Below are positions 10,440 through 22,925 of a stretch of 64,000 nucleotides of DNA, one piece after another. Position 1 is the first letter of the stretch. Every line of letters starts with the position of its first letter. This DNA comes from Callorhinchus milii (Eukaryota): contig NW_024704742.1 in the NCBI RefSeq assembly GCF_018977255.1, forward strand, positions 93,064,001 to 93,128,000, given 5' to 3'. A program made the position numbers and the translations under genes. Below the pieces are notes generated by a model. It was given only the letters and a program-made list of their open reading frames with translations, was not told where the DNA came from and did no database searches.

Positions 10440-13294
10440 CCTTAATTTTGTTAAGGTCATTCATTCTCCATAAAATAAGATCCCATTGTCCTCTTCCAGT
10501 TTAAGAATTGATGGGTTCTCTTGTGATATCGGTTATCCAAATGTTCATATTTTTATAGGGTTTGCATCGGCATTGTCATACAATTATAGAGTAAATTATA
10601 TTGTCATGGAGGAAAACGCACAATTACACAGTGTCTTTCATCTGCATTTTTCCATTCAGCTTCTATCCATTATTCAAGATTATATCACTTTATTTTCCCT
10701 ATATGAACTTCAAGGAGTTATTTGAGAAGCTAATACCAAAGGTCAAAAGTATGTAGTATGACAGTTAACTGCGTCTCCTTTTGGGGAGTCAAAATAACAT
10801 TTATAATCTTCCAGCTTCAAATTGCACACATTGTGCTGATCAAAAATTCAATCTTAATAAATTTCTTGAAAAAGAGAAAATTAGCACACCAGTCACAATA
10901 TTTATTGAAATAAACCACATCAAAACACAAACCTAGTCTGGACATCAATGAGAGGGAGCTGGTCGATTGATCTTTATATTCCTCCCACTTCCATCTCTGC
11001 AGTTTGTTCTCTGCAGTGGGAGTAAAATCGTTGGCTTCTGAATACTGATTTAGCCAGAAATGAATCAAAAAGGTTCGTTCTTCAAGCATATAGGATAAAT
11101 CTCTATTGAAAAAAACACATTTTATCTTATGTATTGCCTGCTAATTTTTATAGCTTTTTATAATTTATAATTATTTCTATAAATAATTTATTAGTAGTCA
11201 TCAGTATATAATTTATAGAAATTATAACTTTCATATAATTTCATATATTGAAATTTTGACAGTGCTACATTGGTAGAATAGGGAATATGGTTATGGTTAA
11301 AACAAATTTTTGGGGCAACAAAGGAAGAATGTATCCTCATACCCGAGAAGCTAACTCATTAATATTAACCCTTGGATTTGATATAGCACATCATCTCATT
11401 GGTGAGACATCTCAAAGAGTTTCACAGGATTTTTTTTACTGTGACCATCAGCCATGTTTTAGGCCAAAGGTTGTCCTTTTCTGGAATACTTAAATATTTT
11501 ATAATGAGCACTACAGCCATCTTATCTACATGTTCATCCTGAGCTGGTAGTTGATAAACATCTATTGGTTGTATTTATCATTTCAAGTCATTGTAAAGGT
11601 GAAACTTCAGTAATTAATATCATTCCTTAAAAAGGAATCCCCTTACAGAGACAGCGCTCATGAAAGTCACAAACGATATCCTCTGTATCTGTGACCAGGG
11701 CTCCCTCTGCCTCCTCATCCTCCTGGACCTGTCCGCCGCATTCGACACAGTCGATCACGCCATCCTCCTCCACCGCCATTCCTCCATCATCCACCTCAGT
11801 GGGGCTGCACTCTCTTGGTTCCGAGTCCTGCCTTGCAAACCGCCAGTACTACATTTCTGCAAATGGCTTTTCTTCTCGCTTCCACCCAGTCACCTGCGGG
11901 GTACCCCAAGGATCCATCCTTGGCCCCCTTCTCTTCCTCATCTATATGCTCCCTCTCGGTGATGTCATCCGCAGACACGGGGTTAACTTCCACATGTATG
12001 CGGATGACACTCAACTCTACTTTTCCACCTCCAGCTGCGACCCCCAGTCCCCTGATGTTCTGTCAGCTTGTCTGTCAGACATCAAGAGCTGGATGAGCGC
12101 AAATTTCCTGCAGTTAAACGTGAACAAGATGGAAGCCATACTCTTTGGCTCTCGCTGATGTCTTTTGTCCCACAGTTCAGACCTCCTCAACCTACCCGAC
12201 CTGTCCTTAATACTGTCCAAACCTGTGCGTAACTTAGGTATCAGGTTCGATCCCCAGTTACCCTTCCTCCCCCCACGTCCGGTCCCTGATCAGCACCGCT
12301 TTCTTCCATCTCCACCACATTGCCCATCTACGACAATACCTCACCGCAAAGGCTGCCAAAACCCGTCCACGCCTTTTGTCACCTCTCGGCTGGACTACTC
12401 TAACGCTCTCCTCGCCGGTCTCCCCTCCTCCACTATTCACAAAATTCACGAAACTCCGCCGCTCTCATTCTCACCCGCACCAAACTTCATACCCCGATTA
12501 CTCCAGTCCTTGCCAACTCCACTGGCTCCCTGTCACAGAGCGGATTGACCTCAAGATCCTCACTCTGGTGTTTAAATCCCTCCATTCCTTGACATCCTCC
12601 TATCTCTCTAACCTCCTGACTCCCCACAGCAGTACCGCTGCCTCCGCTCTACTCGGTCCGGCCTCCTCTGCATCCCCCAAATCTTCCGCTTCACCCTCGC
12701 ACCTCCTGAATCATTTCACTCACAATCTCCACTTATCTAACCAAGCATTTAGGGCAAAAATCATTCATATCCCCATTTAAGAGACAAAATGAATACAATT
12801 CATCAGGAGAGTTATTCATCTTGTATACAGTGTATTCTTCAACGTCTCTGTGGTAATGCTGTTTCTTTGAAGGTCGTTCTTAGTGTGGCCTGAAACTTCC
12901 CTTTGTGCAGCTGTATGACAATGGTCTTTTAAACAAATGGGCTACAATAAATAGTTAAAAAAGCACAAGCACTCTGCTAAAATTTAGACTTTGCAAAATG
13001 TTTGCTTGGTTATTACAAGGTTATCTACTTCCAATTTATTGGAAAGTGGCACTTGCTTTGCAAATTAATTAGTGTGTAACAGTCATATAATTGGATAGGT
13101 TTATTTGATTCAATCACTTGGATGTGGTTTGCAAAAAGGACTTTCAAAGTGACCATTTACTGAAGAATAATCGCAGAATCCACAAAATTGGATGTTTCCA
13201 ATTTATTTAAAGTTGCAGGTTTGCATAACAGATCACAACATATCTAAGCAGTCTTCTTTTAGCTCGTCTTCAATTTATTTTGCGGGGCTCACAC
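10440..13294 (-). pseudogene. Candidate decayed multi-exon gene of unknown identity
   Basis: Exon-like blocks starting at AG acceptors: 12941-12724 (donor GTGAGT), 11625-about 11445, 11102-10933 (stop-free), 10864-about 10440, possibly 13294-about 13050. Two junctions are phase-compatible and the introns are short; several blocks contain stops or frameshifts. No homolog recognised. Confidence 0.35.
11645..12705 (+). mobile_element. L2/CR1-clade LINE RT fragment
   Basis: [37 protein letters not shown] and SRLDYSN in frameshifted ORFs. Confidence 0.93.
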
Positions 13295-13824
13295 CTTGAA
13301 AACAGTTTAAGTGTGCGTTTTTATTACATAGAATGCTACAGCGCAGAAACAATTCACTCAGCCCAACTAGTCTGTGGCACTGTTTATGCTCCGTCTGACC
13401 CTCCACCCCTCCTCCTACATCCTCCCATAAGTTTCCATTCCCTTCTCCCTCATGTATGTATTATATTGTGCAAAGTGCATTTGCTCAGTTTGTTTATATT
13501 CATAATTCAGCCCCACTTCTCTTAGAGGTAGCAGTGGCAGACTCAATGGGTGGAATGGCCTCCTTCAGTGCTGAAAGTTTCTATTTAAAATCACAATTCC
13601 ACAGTATTAATATTTTAGGTACTAACAAAATATGCATAATATTCTCTCTCTTTCTCCCTGTCTTTCTATCCTCTAGCAGGTCCACTTAAAGTTAGCACAG
13701 ACTTGAACAGCAGGCTAGCTATTAATTAATATGGCCACAAAACGTTGGTTTCTTGGTGGATCATCTGATGTCAATGACAATACTGTAATAAGCAGGTTTT
13801 CTCCATATGGTGGAGGTGGAATAC

Positions 13825-13842
13825 ACACCACCTAGTGGGTCA
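13825..13842 (-). promoter_or_regulatory. Candidate CTCF-binding site
   Basis: The minus strand reads CCCACTAGGTGGTG, close to the CTCF core CCASYAGRKGGC. Lies just downstream of the putative SPIN1 3' end. Motif match only. Confidence 0.4.
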
Positions 13843-13993
13843 AATGAAAACAAATCTCATGAAACATCCACTCGGTTGAAACACTGAATGGGTCGCTGCC
13901 AAGATTTGTGATTGAATTCTCACTCACAGCATCAATAGTCTACAAAGTAACAGTTCTTAAAAAAGTCCAGCACACATTTAAATTGCACATAAG

Positions 13994-13999
13994 TTTATT
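13994..13999 (-). terminator. Candidate distal polyadenylation signal (AATAAA) of SPIN1
   Basis: TTTATT on +, preceded on the - strand by U-rich TGTA-containing sequence typical of mRNA 3' ends. Would imply a 3'UTR of about 6.5 kb. A more proximal AATAAA lies at 20235-20240. Confidence 0.45.
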
Positions 14000-16900
14000 T
14001 GTATATAGTTATACAACAGTTTAAAAAACATACAAGAGTAAACACAATTTCATGGTCTGAAATTTTTATTTCTAATGGCATACAGCAATATGATCTACAA
14101 TGACTATAACTTTGAAAATCTGCCTAACTCCAGAAGCAAACATCAACATTACCTTTTAACTAGACGAATACCATAGACGGCAGAGTCAAAATGATTGTTT
14201 TCTTTTTAACCAAGAGACAAATACGGCAACTAATGAAGGACCATACATTTTATAGCTATTTTTAACAGTGGTATTCTTTCCCCTTATTCAAGAATAATCT
14301 TAAGAACTTTTATTTTAGAGTTAGTGGGCTTTGCTCCCCACCCGGCAGATTAAAATATAGGATACACAATTAAGCAATTTTGTCCTACTATTATTATGCA
14401 ATCTTAGCTACTAGTTACTAAATAAACCATCGTTAAAACGTGCTGCAAGAGCAAGTAATGGCTCAAGGTATAATAGCTCATTCAGCAAGCCACGTCTCTC
14501 CACCCCGTACACAAAAAAGGCCTCTTAACTTTAAAGGGTGTAATTTAACATCCGTATCATTGCCGACCGTGACAGTGTGATAAGTTTTCAAATGACCAGG
14601 ATAATTCCAAGAAAGGGGAAGCGTGTTTCTAAAAGGCAACCTGACTTTAAAAAGCCAAGAAAATTACTGGTATTTCAAGTCAGGTAGAGTATATCTTGCC
14701 AAGTTCCTTTACCTCTTTATTTCCTACCTTTATCTCCTCCCTCCCAAAAGAAATTGGTAGAACTCCGGACGCTACCCCACGTGAAGGGCACTATATAAAT
14801 GCAAGTTATTATTGTTGTTGATATGGTCCCCATTTAAGACAAGCCACCACAATTATTTCAGTTGACACTCTGATTAAACCAGTGCAATTTCATCCTAGCT
14901 AACAATTATCAGACAATACAATAAGCAAATGTACAAAACTAAATTAAAGCTTTACATGCAATGCTGGTTGTCAAACGACTAACTTCAGATCATGCAAAAT
15001 AACACAAGGTTTGCATTTAAGAGCTCACACCATGGAGCCACATCTCACGCACAACAGCTTTATAATCCCAAGTTTAAAAAGTTTACTATTTTTAGTATAT
15101 ATCTAAGCTTACATTTACAACTGCACACCCCAGGATAATTTGCTTTAAGCAACATTGGCTCCCAGACCAAAGAATTAACATATACTGTACCAAGATAATG
15201 GTAGCACTGCATCCAAACCTGTCATTTAAAACTTAGTTGAAAGCCCAATCCAGATGGGAAAGACATTGGAACCAAGGGCCGTTTATTTTGCCTAGCCAAT
15301 TAATTCATTTTTCCAGGGTGAATGGACTGTCAACAGTTGTAATTTGGCTCAACTACCAATGATGATCAGATTTTAAATCTGAATGCAGGCCTCATCTTAG
15401 AAGCGTTTACAAAGAGTTGACCAATCTTACAGAAATCCTGCCAATACTGTATTTCTGAATTTGTTCAGATGTGTCTGTGTAACACATTTAAAATAAGTGC
15501 TGCATAATACAGTATTGAGGAACTATTTGCCAGAATACATTAACCTGCCTTTTGGTTGCCCTCTTTGGAATACTGGAGTGATAGTTCTTACATGTATACA
15601 CTTGGAAATGAAATGTTCAGTGATGGGTTTTCATATTAATGTCCAGCACATCACATCTAGGCACATGGATAAAAGCAAAAAAATAAAACTTGTAGATCTG
15701 GTTAATGTTATTTTCCTTTATAGAGTCCTTGGTGTCTCAGCCTTTGATGTAACAATATGATCCAAGTTCAGAGCCTCAGCAAAACAAAAACACACAAGAA
15801 ACTTCACATGAAATTTGGGTTCATACAAACAGTCAATATTTTATGCCAAGGCCTTCAAAATGACTGTGGATATAGCTGCAAATAAAGATTAAAGGGTTGT
15901 TTATGTAAACTGGTAGCTGAAAATATTCCCTTATGGATAAACATCTACTAGAAGGAAATTCTGGGGAAGTGCCGTAACTTCTAAAAGGTAGCTTTTGAAG
16001 TTTAAGATCAGGAGTATAATAAGGTTTCAGTTGGAACATTGCATTAGCATTTCAAAGTCACAGCCATGTTTGACAAGAATTGAAGTACAAATCAAAGCCA
16101 CATTGGAATTGCAAACATCCATTGACCAGTGCATTAAAAAAAAGAAAGGAAATACAGTACCATTTACACTGGAATGAAACGTGTTAGCTAAAAATAGACA
16201 ACGCATCTGCAAAACTACGTGCAGCAAAAATAAGATTGATTATTGAAAACAACAAAGACACAGATTGGTAAAACTGCAAGATATTGTATTGGGAGGTGCG
16301 AGAAAGACAGCATATGATCTCAAGACCAGGACAAAATTCAGGACAGTATCAGACTGCGTATTTTGTTTACATCACAGATAAACATTTTTACATTCAAGCT
16401 AGAATTAAATAGACAGTACTTTTCTGGTTCCTCCAAAGGCTCAGTTGATTTATGCACTGTGTGTGTGTGTTACATAGACATACAGAGCATAAGCAAGGTT
16501 CCTATGTTTGATCCCTGATCATACAGAGTTAGCGAGTCTCAGCCAAAGTGGTGGTATTGGGGGGCACTATCAATGACCTAAATCTTCCCCCAACTAGGAA
16601 GGGAGAAAATAGTTTAAAAATTAGCTTAAGTTCCCACTATTCAGTGGTCCTTACAGGAAAGTGTGCATCTGGATGAATTGAATAGTCTGTTAGTAATCGG
16701 TGTCTGGCTTACATGAAAAATAGTTGCTTGGTTGAGGTTCCAGAGGGCTGCCAGTGCCCATGGAACCGTATAGCATGAATTACTGTCTAGCTGCAGGGGA
16801 GCAGGAAGAAAAATCATTAAGAAAAGCAATGATGCAGAAACTTACATTGAAGGCATTTAAAACTTCTTAAGGTCACAAAGGACCTGCTTGACATTAGAAA

Positions 16901-17688
16901 AGCTATTACATGTCAAAGCACGATTCCAGATTGTTTGAACAATAATGGTCACCACATCTGTGATGATATGGCAGATCCTACAGCATTTGCAAGCTCTTAA
17001 AGATTTAACAAGTAATGAAACATTTATGTCATCCTGTTACTTGCATGGATAGGACTGGAAATTATTTTAAAATTATTTGTGTGCATCAATTGTGAAACCC
17101 ATTTGTTCATCAATGCTAATTGTAACATCCTTAGCAGAGATTGAAACGGAACACGTATCTGTTCTCAAACTGCTAAAACCTAAAAGGGCTGAGAGAAACA
17201 AAGCAGAAGTGAACGTAAGCAAACAGAAAAAAAAATCTTCAACTTTCATCCACTTCACAATTGAAGTATGTCGTTCTGTGCTCCTGCCGTTTTAGTCCTA
17301 TCCTGTGTGCAATTTACTCCATGGCTTTTTCCACTAATGGTGCCAACATTTACAACAATGCTTCAAACACTAACTACAGTATTCTGAACCAAAATAAAAT
17401 GCTTATAAAACGGAAACTACAAAACACTTTATTATGGTCTAATAATATTCAACACCCAACGACTTATCTGGACCAAAGAAAGACAAGTAGCAGATTAATT
17501 ATTGCAGGCCATGGAACTCTAAGAATTATACATTGAGACCTTGTATGCGTTCGCCAGAATAAACTGCACAACAACCTTAACACACCACATAAATAAATCA
17601 AGCTGCCAAACTCAAAATGTTCCAAAACATAATATGACCTACATTTTGTCCACCACCAGGGAATGTAGTAAAATACTGGAAAATGGGC

Positions 17689-18372
17689 AACAACTTGCAC
17701 TTATGTCGTGCTCTCCACGCAGGATAACATCTCAGAGCGCTAAACAATGGCGGAGTCTGACTCAGAGCCGGGTGGTGGGGGGGAGGGAGGGAGGTGGCCA
17801 TAAGCATGGTTGAAGAGGAAGGTTTTCAGGCAGGACTTAAGAAAAAGGGGAGCGGGCAAGACAGAGGGATTGAGGAAGAGTGTTCCAGAGTCTCGGGGCA
17901 TAGTGGCTGAAAGCGCGACCTCCGATGGTGAGGCAGAGGATACGCGGGACAAGCAGGAGGCTGGTGCCAGTCATGCGGAGGCACCGGGTGGTGGATTGGG
18001 GAGTGAGGAGGTCGGAGAGATAGGGAGGTGCCAGAGAGTGAAGAGATTTGAACATGAGTATGAGGATCTTGAAGTCGATCCATTTGGTGATGGGGAGCCA
18101 GTGGAGCCTGGCCAGAACTGGTGAGATGTGGGTACGGAGTTTGGTCCGGGTCAGTATGCGGGCGGCAAAGTTCTGAATGAACTGGATCTTTTGAATAGTG
18201 GAGCTGGGGAGACCGGCGAGGAATGCGTTTAAGTAATCCAAGTGGAGGTGACAAATGCATTTACTGGAGGAGGCAAAATAGATTTGTGTGTCATCTGCAT
18301 ACATGTCAAAGTTTACCCGTGTCTGTGGATGACATCGCCCAGAGGGAGCACGTAGATAAGGAAAAGAATAAG
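17689..18372 (-). mobile_element. L2/CR1-clade LINE 3' fragment, inside the putative long SPIN1 3'UTR
   Basis: [14 protein letters not shown]...IDFKIL and RAFSHYAPRLWN; tail at about 17689. Confidence 0.9.
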
Positions 18373-20547
18373 GCCAAGTCAAGTTACCAGAAGAGTAATG
18401 AACACCAACGTGTGTAGAATTACAAATGTTGGTGTAAATACACAAGAGATTGCTTCCAATTTATAAGGCTGCATAATCCATTCAAGGGTCAGGTCAGTTT
18501 TAGAGTAAGGTGAAGCTCAAATTATTTTGTGAATTTAACAATAAAAATAACATTGGTAGCAATTATTCATCCCCTCCCGCTTCTCTTTCAGTCAAATCTT
18601 TCTGAGCCGCATTCCTTGCTCACCTGTGAGGGCACAAATCCATTGTGCTCCCAGGCCCCCAGCATAAGTACACTAAGGCTGCTCCCCAAAGAATGACTTT
18701 GACCTGTGCGATATCTGATTTTCCTCCTCAGTGAGGAAATGTCTGGTCTCCACTAACACCTCCCCATAAGTACAAGGAATGTTTAATAAATCACAGGCAC
18801 AACCCACATCCTACTCCTTTAGGTAGTCCAGTGGAGTGCCATTTATACCATTTTTTGTACCTTTTTTTTAACCATTGTTTGAATTATAGCCGCAGTGATC
18901 AGATACTCTCCAGGGCATCATACTCTACAGTTTGAGAGGATTGTGTTGGATATACGAAGTGTGTTCACAGACTCAGATTCCAGGTAACACTTTCCAGCAG
19001 CGGTTGCCCCAAAACCTCAGAGTTTCCTCATCAGCTATCTGACGTACGTCTGCTTTCAGCATGGTGGAAGGACCTTTATAGGACAGCTCGTGATTTGCCA
19101 GTCATCTTGATGCTCTTAAGGTCCAAGTCCAAAGCCACGTACCAGGCTTACTCAGTACCAGGTTCTTAATCCAGGTCCTTCTATGGTGGGGACATGCCAA
19201 ACAGACTCTGTTAAACCGCTTCCCCCTCCAGAGAGTTTAGGGGGCAGGGTGAATCATGAAATGATCAACCTTCTTTAGTGTTACCAAATTTTCTTTTGGC
19301 ATCTTACTGTGTTGTATGCTATTTTTATACAGTTTATCATAAAAACAAATTTTAATTTGGTCAATATTTAGCTACCCATCCAAATTAGCACCCAATACCA
19401 TTAAGTTGTTTCTCTTTTAAACAAATAGCAGATTACGTTCAGGTGGAACACATGGACCTAGCTGAATATGTTTACCTTTCACTGAACAAAACATTATTTT
19501 AATGGATTTTCTATATCCCTTTATCTCAGACTAACTCACAGTGGATAAATTGTATGATACAAAAGCCATCTACAGCAAAAGGGGAACAGAAATAGCTCAG
19601 CAATTATAATTTGCAGAAGATTTAGTGGGTCAATTTACTTACTTATCCCCAAGGAATAGGCTGTTATGATACTAGAATCCTAAAGATCCTGAATATTCAG
19701 GGCACCATTACCATTCACATTACAATGATATAGCATCAAGATTTTCTAGAATTTCACGATTTATTCCTCCTCTTTTACTTCCTTTTCTCTCAGAGTACTT
19801 GTGGCATTAAAATTTGCTTGCGTTAAGATGTGAATTTCAACGGAAGATTAAAAGACTGTGTGTTTAAGAACAAATCTAAACAAATTCATCGACAACAAAA
19901 AAATGATCAGTTAGTTTGTTCAACTGCATATCCTCTACAATGTCATTAAATTTTAGTACATTTGAAAATGCATTGTTTTAAATAAAGAACATATTTGCTT
20001 TCAGTTTTGGGGTAGGGACTGTGACACCCTCCACAAAAAGAAACATAGAACAGTTGTTGAAACGTAAGGCTTGACATGAAAGCACATTGTAGATTAAATA
20101 GTGTCTCACCTTTCCCTCCGCAGTTTTTTTAATATCCAGAAAATCTTTATATACAATCTGCATGCGCCAATTTCAATTAAAACTTGTTTTCAGCTGCTGT
20201 GTTTTCTCACTTTACTTCCTTATCCTAATTTAGGTTTATTATCTTGAAGCATCATTGCTACCAATGAGTGATAAGATTCTGGAAACCTTGCTCTTGTATT
20301 AGTAAATACTGTTTTTTTGACCCCACCACCTCTTCCCCCGCAAGTAATTGTCTTGCATTCAAACCATTATATATGGTAACATTTTTTAGAACCATTTGGC
20401 TGATTCAAGCTCATGTTGTAGTGTCTATGGCAGAGACTGAGATCACAATAGTTTATTGGGCTTCAGAAGCCTAATATGTAAAGGTCCATGTGTGGAAATA
20501 GTCCATCTGTTGGCCAATATGGCCTTCCTACTGTTAATACAGCACGT

Positions 20548-20750
20548 CTAAGAGGTTTTTACCAAATCATAGACATAAATGTGAAAATCATCATCGAACT
20601 TGATAAAATACACTGATGGTTTTGCTTCTACTTGATGGATGACCATGCCAGTCCTCTTTGAGCCGTCTTCTTTGGCGTATTCCACTTGTTTACCAACTAA
20701 GCTGTCCACTACTTCTCCTGGCTCCCTCTCTGTTGGAGGCGATTCATTGT
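20548..20750 (-). CDS. SPIN1: Spindlin-1 terminal coding exon, Tudor-like domain 3
   Basis: Acceptor GATTCTACAG|. Reads (N)[66 protein letters not shown]. Full CDS 55+49+251+234+203=792 nt = 263 aa. Confidence 0.97.
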
Positions 20751-21062
20751 CTGTAGAATCAGAAATGAGCATCAATAAAACTAGGACTTAACTAGGGCTC
20801 CTCATTACAGAAACCTTTTGTTAAAGGAGAATCTAAGTATAATGAAAATTATTTATAGCTGTAGGCAATATATATTTTAATTATATAGCTAATAAGATCA
20901 GAAATCCATAATTGAAGTATTCCTTAGTGTTCAAATCTTTCATATGTTGACAATAACAAGCCTTGCAATTGATGTAGTGCCATATCAAGTCTGCGAAATG
21001 TCTCAAAGTGCTTCACAGAATATACTGCAAAGTGAATTGACTGTATATTTTGTGGGCATGAG

Positions 21063-21390
21063 CAACAACACTTGCATTTATGTAGCACTTCTTATGCAAG
21101 GTAGCATCCTGGAGTACTTAACAGTGGCGTTGCCTGACACTGAGCCAGGGGGAGGTGACTGTAGGCATGATTGAAGAGGAAGGTCTTCGGGCATCATCTG
21201 AAAATGGGAACGGAAGGGGCAAGGTGGAGGGATTGAGGGAGAGAATTCCAAAGTAGTGGCTAAAAGCACAGATGGCAATAGTGGAGCGGGGGGTGGACAA
21301 GGGACAAGCAGGAGGCCAGCTTCAGCTGAGTGGAGCCGGTACGTGGTGAAGTGGGGATAAACCAGGTCGGGGAGGTCAACCAGGAGCATT
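21063..21390 (-). mobile_element. L2-type LINE 3' fragment
   Basis: Same 3' region and (TTG) tail as the other copies; abuts SINE 3' halves on both sides. Confidence 0.75.
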
Positions 21391-22220
21391 CATAGGCATT
21401 TACTTCATGGCTATTTGTGGGTCACTGCTGTGCACAAATTCGCTGTGGTGTTCGCCAACAAAACACAGTCACTGCAGTCTACAGTAAATCCTGTGAAACA
21501 CTTTGAGACGTTTTGATGTCGTGATTTGGTGTTACATCAAATGCAAAGATTATTATATTGAACTTGAGTCAGAAGAATCAGTGGTCTTTGTTGGACACTC
21601 CTTTAAGAGTTGATTAACAAAAGGACCAATAAGAAGAAGGGCAGGAAGTACGAAAGGGCACTGAAAATGGGACAAAGTGTGTGGGATAGAGTAGTGGATT
21701 ATTGAGGGATGGATTGACAAATAAAGAGGCTACTAACACACCTCCGATTTGGATCAAGTTATTACAGTCTTAAAATTAAAAAGAAATCGAGCCTGGAGCA
21801 GTAAATTGGATGTTATTGGCTTGAAATCCCACGGTGAATTTTTACATTATTTTCCAATTTCAGTGTGAGGAGACACATTGTTATGCCCAATGTGGGTCTA
21901 TTAGTTGTATTTCAATACTCCAGACTGAGACAGAAAGGAAAAGGCAACATGAAGCTTGTGACAGCAGAAACAAACAATTTAAAGCAGTGATTGTATCTTC
22001 CCCCTTTCTCTAAGCATTAACCATCGATGGGACCCATTGACAAGCCTCTGCCAATGCTGCTCTTCACAGTTCAGAAGAGTAAAGTAAAGTCACCCTCTGA
22101 TCTGATGGGAGAACTACTTTTGCTTTTACTTAACACCTAGCAGCATGCGTGGGACCAACAGTTCAGTATGGCACATGAAGGCACAAATGTATTTCTCACC
22201 ACTACCTGGCATTGTACAAA

Positions 22221-22446
22221 GGCAAAATACTGCAGATGCTGGAAATCTGAAATAAAAACAGAAGTCACTGGTTACATACAGCAGGTCAGGCAGCATCCAT
22301 GGAGAGACAAAAATGAGTTAAAGTTTCAGGTCGATGATCTTTCGTCAGTTCTAATAAAAGGTCATTGACTTTAACGTTAACTCATTTCCTTCTCTCCATA
22401 GATGCTGCATGACCAGCTGTGTGTTCCCAACAACATCTGTTTTTAA
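22221..22446. mobile_element. Penelope-like-element-derived inverted (palindromic) terminal repeat
   Basis: Two inverted arms (AAAAACAGAAGT...CAGCAGGTCAGGCAGCATC...GAGTTAA and TTAACTC...GATGCTGCATGACCAGCTG...ATCTGTTTTT) meeting at about 22349. Same sequence family as 33480-33590, 27456-27495 and 60534-60615. Confidence 0.7.
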
Positions 22447-22776
22447 TTTATGGTTTTGTGTAAATTGAGCCAATGTGATGTGCAACAGCACCATCCGAGG
22501 AGAAAGTAATGGAAATGCAACAACTTAAATTTGTAAGTCCGAATCACCATCTCCTGTCACTGTCCCTCCCTCAGCACATGAACTGTAACCTGTAGAAAGT
22601 CACTTTACTGCTAATACCACTTACAAGACTTACACAACGTCACTGACTGAGAAACTCGGCTATATTTGCTTCCCTACCCTTTACATGGAGATGTCAGACC
22701 TCTGCCAGTATAACAATGAAGGGGAAAGGAACAAACTCAGCACAGACTAACTTCAGGCTAAGTTCATAGTCTAGGC

Positions 22777-22925
22777 CAGAATGGTCCAATCTTTTGGCTG
22801 TTGAGGGCCGGATGCCCTATTTGAAAAAAGTCTGCAGGCCGCATAAGCAATATTTTTGTGTTTCCCTTCCAGAAACATAACATTTACAGATTATGGAGGG
22901 AGCAGGTGGGCCAGATGAAATGGAG
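22777..22925 (+). mobile_element. hAT-Charlie-like non-autonomous DNA transposon remnant
   Basis: Starts CAGAATGGTCCAATCTTTTGGC...GAGGGCCGGAT, resembling MER30/MER58-type ends. Preceded by GTCTAGGC, similar to the NTCTAGAN Charlie target. The right end is lost. Confidence 0.45.
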
